Below are positions 55,045 through 64,000 of a stretch of 64,000 bases of DNA, piece by piece. The translations under genes were made by a program, and so were the position numbers. Origin of the DNA: Schmidtea nova (Eukaryota); assembly GCA_044892505.1 (NCBI GenBank), contig CM097882.1, positions 295,244,001-295,308,000 on the forward strand. The letters are read 5' to 3'. The notes beneath the pieces were generated by a model. The model made no database searches and had not been told where the DNA came from. It was given only the letters and a program-made list of their open reading frames with translations. Positions within the stretch are counted from its first letter, which is position 1. Every line of letters begins with the position of its first letter.

Positions 55045-56423
55045 TGTTGGGCCCGCCAAATCACCTAAAAACACAATAAAACGAACAAAAGCATGAAACA
55101 ATAAAGAAATAATAAAAATAAAAATAGCAAGAAAAACAAATTAAAAATAACAATAAAACGACAAATAATAATTGATAAATTTTCAGTAAAAGGAAATTTT
55201 GAAATAAACCGGTAAACAACCGCAAAGGGGGGCCTGAAATAAGAAAAAATAGAATTAAATAAAATAATAGTACAAATAATTAATTAATTACTTGGAAAAT
55301 CAGGACCACCCAGCGAGAAACCGGAAAAGGAAACAAAATAATGTTTAGGTTAGATTAAAATAATAAAAATACTTTGATGGACGGCCTGATCCTGATTGGT
55401 CAATCCAACCAGACGGATCAGTATAAATACCGATCCAAAAATCACAGACTAGAGACGTTTTACATTTCACTTACAATCAAGACTAAACTTTGATTTAAGT
55501 AACATTTCATTTAACGAAGCGAGAATTTTTTGAAAAAACAGAATTCAAGTACGGAACGTAATTTTGATTGTTATTTTTTATGTACCCATGATTTTTATTT
55601 AATTAAAAGTTTATATGTAAAAGTTATTTTATTTTTTCATGGATTATTTTTAATGCATATAGCTATACTTCCTATGCTGCTCACGCGGCGAGGGAGTCCG
55701 AGTCGTCGTCGTGGGGCCTCAGGGTCTCACATGGCGGTTCAACCTTTTTATTATTTAATTTAGATGTGAAGTTTTATCTAGAAAATTTGATTGAATTTTT
55801 AGTCTAATACAGACCATTTGCAAATTATTTAATTTTGGGTTGCACAACGGACGAAGGTCGAGGGCCAAATATGTAGATTGCGGAGGGCGGATGGATAAGG
55901 AGGGACACACCATGGTAGGGCATGCTCAGTCTTTAAATTTTTGGTAAATTGAATCGAAAGGGAACCTCCCGCATGGAAAACAGTGAGCAACAACTAAAAT
56001 AAATTTGAATAATTTCGTTGGAATGAGAAAATCCAACGTAGTCCAAAGTCCGAATTCATTCGGAATCAGCATTTCGCCTACAAAATTTTAATATCGATAA
56101 ATTCCGATCGCGATGGAATGCGTCGGAAAATCCAAATTAAATTAGTTACTAAAAATAGGCCGATCGTCGTATATGACGCGGTTTCCCAAGTTATTCTCCG
56201 ATCGCTGTATATAGCGCGGAAATCTTGAGTAAATTTGATAATTCCTGAATGCTGTATATAGCACAGGACTAATTATGAACTCTTTATTCCGACCGTGGTA
56301 GATCACGGCGGAGAGAAATAAAATTAATCTTATTTTTTAACTGTTGTGATTATATGCAACATAATTAAATTATCAACGAATTTCCCCCTTAACTCATATT
56401 TATATCCAATAAATGTAATATAG

Positions 56424-56903
56424 ATGTCGACAGCTGAACTTACAAATCAATTAACGCAACTACGGAATATGGAGCAAGGGAATCTGCGGAATGAAAATCT
56501 CTCGCAGCTCAAGGAACTACCAGCATCGATATTGCGAACCCTCAACTGCCAAATGTATCAGTGGCGACAGGGGTTTGGCCGAAAATGCCCGTTCTCGATA
56601 TGGACAGGAGGGCACGACCAAATACTCTATCGAGGAGGACCGAACTGGCCGATTTCTCAAAGGCCGTACTCAAACAAATTTGGCCGACTTGTCGTACTGA
56701 TCAAGGACACCGATGGACAGACAAGCCGTGTAATTTATTGGGGGCATATCCCTCGTCGAGAGCTGTGCCAATTGGGTCTGCACGAATTCCTGCCGCGAAA
56801 ACCCTTCGGCAAGGAATGCCAGAAAGGACAACCTGCGTTTTCCTGGGCTCGTCTCCGACAGAAACCGATTAACAGCGAATTACATAGCCTGTTTCGGAGA
56901 TAA
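56424..56903 (+). CDS. LTR ORF A, 3' LTR copy
   Basis: Translation identical to 29816..30295. Confidence 0.8.
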   Translation: MSTAELTNQLTQLRNMEQGNLRNENLSQLKELPASILRTLNCQMYQWRQGFGRKCPFSIWTGGHDQILYRGGPNWPISQRPYSNKFGRLVVLIKDTDGQTSRVIYWGHIPRRELCQLGLHEFLPRKPFGKECQKGQPAFSWARLRQKPINSELHSLFRR

Positions 56904-57087
56904 GAACTGATTGTCAAATCTTTCAAATTGTGATTAAATATTAATATTCAGCAGTGTTTTGTTATGTTGTTTTGAGTTTTGGTATTGTGTTTTTTAATAA
57001 TTCATATTCGTAACCAAATAACCCTATGATCCGTTTCATTTTTCACATCATTTAATCATAGAGTAAATATCCTAAATACATTATAGA

Positions 57088-57684
57088 ATGAACCCAGATT
57101 TGATGCAGAAAGAATTGGAAAAGATGTGGCGGATTCGGAGAGCCCAGGACAAGGAATTGGGTCTCCTCAAGGCACAATTGATCAAAGCAGAGGCACAGAT
57201 TGCATATTTGCGCAAAAGCTGGTTTGCTCCGGCCCGAATGAAGGAGCAAATCAGTAAAACCGAGCGCGCCCAACAGACTGCAGCCGATTACCAAATGGAA
57301 TGGGAGGCTACAAAGATAGAACTCCGAAAATGCCTCCATTCCGTAACTGCCTCATACATCGAGAAGGAACTCAGAGAGCAAATCCGTCCGATTACGTACC
57401 AAGCTTGGACGGCAGAAAAGAAGACAGTAAACTCCATTGGAACGGATGTCCCCGATTTAATTGAAAGTCGGAATGAGACAGCTCCTCCAGCCAATTCAAC
57501 CACTTCATCGGCGACTGCGCACCAGAAACGCAAGCGCATTGGGCAGAAACGGCGGAGACAGAGAAAATTATTTGCCCAGCAATTACAAATCCAAGTCGAT
57601 GGTCTACATCAGATGACTGAGGAAGCATTATTGACGGAGATTTTTCCTCCGGCGGGAGTTTTTACCGAACTCATTAAAAATTAA
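57088..57684 (+). CDS. LTR ORF B, 3' LTR copy
   Basis: Translation identical to 30480..31076. Confidence 0.8.
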   Translation: MNPDLMQKELEKMWRIRRAQDKELGLLKAQLIKAEAQIAYLRKSWFAPARMKEQISKTERAQQTAADYQMEWEATKIELRKCLHSVTASYIEKELREQIRPITYQAWTAEKKTVNSIGTDVPDLIESRNETAPPANSTTSSATAHQKRKRIGQKRRRQRKLFAQQLQIQVDGLHQMTEEALLTEIFPPAGVFTELIKN

Positions 57685-58152
57685 ATAAATTGTTGCATTG
57701 GCTTAAGAATCTCATCGTTCATTTAAATTGATTTAATTAACTTTACCAATGATTAAATAAAGATAGAACAAAAGTATAAATTCAGTTTACAAAATATCGA
57801 ATAGAGATAATTAAATAATTAAGCGAGCATTCGTTGAAATACTTCTCGCAGACTGAGTAATGATAAAAATAAATTTTCTGAAAGATTAACACGGAATACC
57901 TAAGGGGATGATTAAAGCGTAAGTCCTTCTAACGGCAGCAATGGACCCGTAAACATAAATGGGGAGTAGTACTAGCGATAGTGCTCACCTGCCCATCATT
58001 GTTTAACCACCCTGCGCATCACCAACTTGATTATATAGGGAAATAATCAAGGGCGCTTGAGTGAAAAATTGCAATTTTATGCATGATCATGGATGAGGGA
58101 TCCCTAGTCATTGTTAGAGCATTTTTCATCTAACCCCTCCATGAACCCAGCA

Positions 58153-58260
58153 CATAAAATGATTTGAACGTGAGTATTCAGTGGCTAGAAGATGGTCAAA
58201 ATATTTTGGACACAGATATCAGTTTCGACAGAATTGGAGCAGTTAAATGAAAATGGCAAA
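58153..58260 (+). pseudogene. Probable continuation of the interrupted hAT transposase
   Basis: Reading across the TSD gives KA*NDLNVSIQWLEDGQNILDT, loosely like hAT KAL.DL..LLDT; no right TIR found. Confidence 0.4.
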
Positions 58261-59354
58261 GAAAGTGTAATAGTGTTAGAAGATGGGCGTAGAATAAAGG
58301 TTTTAAAATTAAAATATTATACAGTAGAAAATGGAAGGTACAGGATAAATATACACGTGGATCAGATGGCAATGACAATTCAATAATCAATGGAGAATAT
58401 CAACTTCAACGACATTATGATTTTAGTGATTTAATATGATGATATTTTACTGTTGATCTCATTTGACTTTTGTTTTATGATGATGAAAATTATGTGATTA
58501 AGCTGTGACTATCTGGCAATTTTTATTTTTATGGAATAATTTTATTTTGTTTCTGTTAATAAAATATTGTTGAAAATTAATTTTTGTAATGACAATTTAT
58601 CAGCATGACAATTTATAATTTGACAATTTATCATTTGTGATATTGCGAACATTTATTGACATTCTTATGGTGATGGACAAAATTTTATATAATTTTGAAA
58701 AAATATTTTGTGTTGAATTATTTTATGTAAATTAATTTTTTAACTATTTGGAAAATGGATTATATTTTCATTTATATTTTAATATTTTAATTCAATAAAT
58801 AATAATGATAATAAAATAAATAAATAATACAGATTGTTTAAATAAATTAAAAATAAATAAATTACTGTTTGTTTAAATAAATTATATTTATGACCTACAA
58901 GGTCAGAAAAATGAAATAATATCTCAAGGTTAAAAAATAATTTTGAAAACAATTTCAATCAACTCAATAGGCAAAATAACAATCATTATTGACAGATTAA
59001 GTGCCTTAAAATTTAGTATATAAACTGACTGATTTTTCAGTTAAATCACCCATAAAATCTTTGCGTAAGAAGAATTTCATAGTTGTTATCGACTATTGAA
59101 ATAATAATTTCGAGTATACAAGATATCGAGCTCAGAAGTCATTCACACATACACACGCATACATATATATACTTACACATTAAAGGAACGACATTGTAAA
59201 TCTTTAATAATTTTTTGAGGTAATTTGTAATTGTTATATTTGAATAAAATCTTTTAACCAGTGTTATCTTATTTATTTATATAAGATACCAAGTTGAGAT
59301 TCGAGGAACCTCAACAATAAGATATATGAATATATAAACAAGCACCAAGTAGGT

Positions 59355-59910
59355 TATTGTATCACTTGAAAAGAATTATCATCCGTAATTTATTTTTCAG
59401 AAACATTTCAAGCAATATTTATTTGGAAAAACTTTTAAATTGAGAACAGAACATAAAGCAATAACGTTTATGTCGAAGACCAAGACGCGACTCACACCTC
59501 AATGTCAAACATGGATCTACCAATTAAGTGGCCTAAATATTAAAATGGAATGTCGTTAAGAAATGGCGCATTATAATGCAGGCGCATTGTTCAGAACTGA
59601 TTGTTGGACGTGCATACAATGTCAGATGATACACGAGGAACCAATGACAGAAAATTGAAAACAAAGATTCTAGCGCTCATAGGTCAGAAAGATGGAAGAC
59701 TAGGGCAAAAAGATTCTAAAGAAAGAGAAAAGAAAAAAAAGAGATATACTAAGGGAGAAAGAAACGAAATTTATAGAAAGTAAAGGGATTATTCATTCGG
59801 GTAAAATATAGATTCCAGACGAAAGAAAACCGGAATTCATTTTGTACACCCACAAAATCTTTTTTCATGCTGGACTAAATAAAGTTCAAGAATATATTTC
59901 TATAAAACAT
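59355..59910 (+). pseudogene. Decayed gypsy pol fragment (RNase H to integrase N-terminus)
   Basis: YCIT*KEL..VIYF; QYLFGKTFKLRTEHKAI..QCQTWIYQL..HYNAGALFR..CWTCIQC; FHAGLNK. Boundaries approximate. Confidence 0.7.
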
Positions 59911-60715
59911 GACTAGTTATGTAGTCCTCCGTAGTCCACGTGTTAATAAGGTAAACTTGTTTGAAATGAAAAGTGCTTTTCAAGGTTAGCACAAAAATAT
60001 AATAATAATGAATTTATTCAAAAACCTTGCAAGTGAAAAAAAGCATAAACAATTAAAATAAAAATTTTTAAAAAGTATAAAAATAATTTCCGAACTTAAA
60101 CTAATATTTGAAAAATTTTCAACAAATCACAAATTTCACGTAAAAATTTTGAATTTTTCCATTAGCAGTGAATTTTGTCTTTCCTTTGATGGCGTAAACC
60201 TTTATCTCAAGCTGAGATATTTAATTTAAATATATAATTTAACAAAAAATTGAATTAAAAATTGAAAAATTAAATATTTAAAGCAATTTTTTCAATTTTG
60301 ATTTTTATTTTGAATATAAATTAATGAGAAATAGATTAAACAAATTTCAATCATTATTATTTCATTGCGGAAAGATATTTGTTACAGAAAAGTTGTATAA
60401 AAATATAAATCTCATTTAACTTGTTAATTTTCTTTATTTCCGAAGATAATTTAAAATAATGCAGCTGGATGTCTTTTAATTATCATTGAAAATAATATAA
60501 CCGTGATCAAAAGTGAATAAAGAAAAGCAGATTTAAGATTTTACTTATAAAATTTAATTAAAATTTTCATTATTAATTACTCAGTTGATTATTATTTATT
60601 TAAATTGACTAAATGTCAGTTAAAGCATAATTCTAGAATATGTACGATATTTTAATTTTAGCTATAATATATTTATCATTATCATCTTTGTTTCACCTTT
60701 GACCTCTTTTTATAC

Positions 60716-60877
60716 CAATAATTCCCATAATGGATGACTATAGATCAATTCTTTTTAATAAGTTAACAATATTTCGGCACAGCCTTTATAAATTGTGTAT
60801 TGATAAAGGCTGTGCCGAAATATTGTGTATTTGTTTAAAAAAATTGACTTATAGTCTTACCATTATGGGAATTATTG
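60716..60877. repeat. Palindromic element / long hairpin (MITE-like)
   Basis: Perfect 24-bp stem 60766-60789 / 60803-60826 with a 13-nt loop, plus outer arms CAATAATTCCCATAATGG / CCATTATGGGAATTATTG. Confidence 0.85.
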
Positions 60878-61445
60878 ATGATATATTTAGTCAATAGTTT
60901 TAAATTTTTACTTTGGTTTATTTGTTTTATTATTTAATAACAATTGATTAACTTTTAGACGTAGTTGATGATCTTTTTTGAACATGTATCAGCTATTTCA
61001 ATTTTTACATGATATTGTAAAATGTTGATTATTAAAACTGTAGAATATATGTTTAAAGTTTCGTTACAAATTATTATGTATAAATAAAGTATATTGAAAT
61101 TTATTTAAATTGTTTTACTTTTATATTCAATTACAAATAGTCGTAGACATGTGATAATTTCTGCAAAATATTACCCGTCAACAATTTGAAACCAGACAAA
61201 GTTTTAGGTGTTTAGTCAATCGATCTAATGTCTAATAAAGTAAGAGAAACCAGTAGTATAATAATTTTGATAAACAATATATTAAATAAATATAGTTCGG
61301 TAAAACTCTGTTTATTAAAAACTTTATTTTAATTAAGATACTTAAATAAAAATAAAGTTTATATAAACAGAATAAGATATCTTTAAATATATTAGTGTTC
61401 TAATAATCACAGTTTGTTTATATAATAAATATATTTTGAAATTTA

Positions 61446-61740
61446 AATGGACGAAATTAAACCCATAACTGGTGACTAAGCGAAAAATATTAAAGTCGTT
61501 AGAGGACAACAAGAAAAATTCATCGTCTAATCACTACAGAAGAAAGCTTAGGATTTACTTAATTTCAACGTTCGGAAATACGATGGAAGAAACAATAAAG
61601 AAATGTCAAATTGGATGAGAGATATCAATTAATGGATCCGAATAAATAATTTGTGTATTATTAGTGTTTTCGATTTGCTATTTTACCGATGGATAGTGTT
61701 TAATGGCATAATTTAAAAACCGGATCAGTAACAAAAAAAG
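61446..61740 (+). pseudogene. Possible decayed gag capsid fragment
   Basis: VRKYDGRNNKEMSNWMRDIN*WIRINNL..FDLL resembles a retrotransposon capsid start; many stops. Confidence 0.3.
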
Positions 61741-62167
61741 CTGTTGGTTTTTGGTGTGGAAAACGTAGGGGATGGAATGTGCCCTACACCTCAACATAAA
61801 TATTTGTCTATTCCACTCGTACACCCATGGTCGTTGCCCAGGTAGCCATGTTGAAACTGTACGATGGCGAGGGGCTAGCGGACAGGTGAGCCCTTTTGCG
61901 AAAACTACTATCCGCTACCCCCTCTTCATCGGGTTCTAGCAGCCATTAGAAGGTCTTACACTTTCGCCTTTTTATATATTCATGTTAACGGCTTTTCATT
62001 TTCCTAATAAGCACCCCACAAAAAGGAAGTTTTCTTAGTTATTTCGTTAATTAAAATCTTTTATTTTATGTCCTTAACACTAGATTCAAAACAACACGGA
62101 GAGACAATACATCTATTACATATTCAAATCCGCTGTCTGTGCTTAGCGGGAGAACCTCTGTCAGAAA

Positions 62168-62704
62168 CTACAATTTGGTGAAGTCATCCAATCGGTCGAT
62201 TTGAGAATTTAAGTGCTGGGAGAATAACTTCTTTTGGCGACGCCTTTTTAAATTCAGACTTTTACGCTTGTTCGCCTTGACAGTCTTCATTGGAGTCTCC
62301 TTTGGCTTAGTGTGCGTATTGGGTGCGAACTCGACCAGTTCGTTCATATCCGTTCCTACCGAGCACGACGCCTTCTGTTAATTTGACCAATGTTGCATCG
62401 TGATTGGGCAGATTCATGCCCTCAATTCGGTTTCGACGAAAGACTTTGTCACCAAATAAAGGTATTTGCGCAACTCGATTTTTGTGGCGTCGAGCTTCGT
62501 CTCAGTCGCGGCTTGCTGGGTGCCTTCAGTGCGTCTGATCTGCTCTTTTATGTGCACGGGCGAGAATCACGTTTGGTTCAAGTATTGATTCTGGATTTCA
62601 AGTCTGGTCGCTTGAGCCTTCCAGTGCTCAATGTCCTGTTCCAGGCTCTTCCGAATCCAACGAGCCTTGTCAATTTCTGTTTGTGTTTTCAGACGTTCGG
62701 TCAT
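62168..62704 (-). pseudogene. LTR ORF B homologue with 3 in-frame stops
   Basis: Manual translation: MTERLKTQ..*FSPVHIKEQIRRTE..ATKIELRKYL..ELRA*ICPIT..SVGTD..KRRRQKKLFSQHL. Confidence 0.85.
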
Positions 62705-62924
62705 GCTGAAGTAAATAAGAATGTATTTCACTAATTGTATCATATAGTTTCAGTCGCAGAGTTGTCAACTAAATAAAATTGGACCCGAAAATGGTCTTAA
62801 TTCAATTTACATTATACATTTAATTCTAACAATCAAAGTTAAGCAACAACATTTTATTAAGGGTGACCATCATATTTTCAATCAAAACACAATAAATCGT
62901 CACGTAAGAACACTTGGCGAATAT

Positions 62925-63346
62925 TCAGGCTCTTGAAGAGGGGCCTTTCCTGTAATCCCGAGATCGAAAGCTGGTTAATCTGTCGCTCCTGAGAGATCTG
63001 AAGAGGTCGAATCACGTAACCAGTGTCAACTCGATTTCCTTGAATTCTGACTGGGATATATCCCCAGTATATTACACGTTGCTGTCTGCGGCTTGTTTTT
63101 TTATATTAGCCAGACACTGCTCCCACGGTATAGAACCTCATCATAGGGCTTTTTCCATATCGAGAAGGGGCATACCAATCGAAATTCGCGACGCCACTTG
63201 CGCATTTGAATATCCAGAGTGCGCAGAAGTGAAGCCGGCAGGTCTTTGAGCGTCCTCATTAGCTTCCGCTGTTGCACGTTGTACTTCTCTTTAGCCGCAA
63301 TCTGCCTAGTGAATTCATATTCTTTGGTTTCCTGTGAACTTTCCAT
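62925..63346 (-). pseudogene. LTR ORF A homologue, frameshifted
   Basis: Track ORF 63101..63346 (LKDLPASLLRTLDIQMRKWRREFRLVCPFSIW) continues in another frame with QQRVIYWGYIP to a stop at 62925. Confidence 0.85.
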
Positions 63347-64000
63347 CTATTAAAAGTATTTATTGGATTTAGTGTGACGTATCCCCGCAATTCAAAGTTG
63401 GCCTGTCTTGGACATCAGAGAAAAATTCCCTACGACGCTCTTGCCCTCTCTTCACTGTCGCCACAGAAAAAAAGGCTTTTCTCCTTATCCGCCTCAGATA
63501 ACATCAGGTATCAACTCCTTCATCAAAATTGGAAATGATCTCTTGTACTAATCACAAATATTTTTAGCCTCCTTTGCTCGGAAAAATGGTCAACTCTCAC
63601 GGTATCTATTAAATTAATTGGCGTAACCTCGAGCCTTCACGCCTCGTACCATCGAGTACACCGCACCTTCAGCATCATCGACAAAATATTCTCCGAATCT
63701 CCTATTTGAACCTCCTATGTGCAACGCACCTTCCCAATTCATTCAAAAATTCATTTTTTATAGCAATTATAATATTAAATTAGTAATTTATCTCTCAAAA
63801 ACGCACTCATCATCTCGTAGAGCTAAGAAGCCCCGCGTAGACGGACGACACCCTCACAGCGTGAGCTACATAAGACGCATCTATTTAAATAATATACTCA
63901 TGGGATTAATAAAATAAATCGAAACATGAAAATTATGTAATAACTCAAATTATAAAAATCATGTAATTAAAATAAATCGAGCATAAGAATAATTCAAACG

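Larger units (their letters stand above)
28437..58152 (+). mobile_element. Giant Ty3/Gypsy (Metaviridae-like) LTR retroelement, 29,716 bp, with env-like and accessory genes
   Basis: Two 3,108-bp direct LTRs at a constant offset of 26,608; TG..CA ends; CATA TSD; PBS; PR-RT-RH-IN domain order. Confidence 0.98.
55045..58152 (+). repeat. 3' LTR (3,108 bp)
   Basis: Copy of 28437..31544; all ORF-track entries recur at +26,608 with identical translations. Confidence 0.97.
61742..64000 (-). mobile_element. Diverged LTR of a related giant-element family (solo or 3' LTR), running off the window
   Basis: Homologues of LTR ORFs A and B in the same order, shared non-coding motifs, candidate CA end at 61742, no PBS beyond it. 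Confidence 0.8.

Overview
AT-rich eukaryotic genomic DNA with five N-gaps. No host gene, RNA gene or CRISPR array is recognisable. Positions 1-28.4 kb and 58.2-64 kb are decayed transposons (hAT, mariner, pogo/Tigger, a Polinton-type polB fragment, gypsy fragments, MITEs) and microsatellites. The centre is one giant, apparently very young Ty3/Gypsy LTR element: 28437-58152, 29,716 bp, two 3,108-bp TG..CA LTRs, CATA target-site duplication, tRNA-Pro-type PBS, inserted in a dead hAT transposase. It encodes a ~17-kb polyprotein, broken at three points, in the order Gag (3 zinc knuckles) - four ubiquitin-like domains - Bcl-2-like domain - signal peptide plus chuvirus/gB-like class III fusion glycoprotein - protease - RT - RNase H - integrase - ankyrin repeats - two duplicated FN3-like membrane units. 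Stand-alone accessory ORFs encode an IAP-type RING, a full-length TRAF, two coiled-coil proteins and a type I membrane protein, and two more genes lie inside each LTR. Six accessory ATGs sit 0-3 nt after a YAG acceptor-like site, and the downstream ORFs are separated by ~75-125-nt spacers rich in UGUAHAUA and AAUAAA, an operon-like layout. A diverged minus-strand LTR at the window end keeps homologues of both LTR genes. From recall, the size and BCL2/MATH/coiled-coil cargo resemble the planarian Burro giant retroelements, so a flatworm host is an inference only. All domain calls are by-eye motif recognition; no database search was run.
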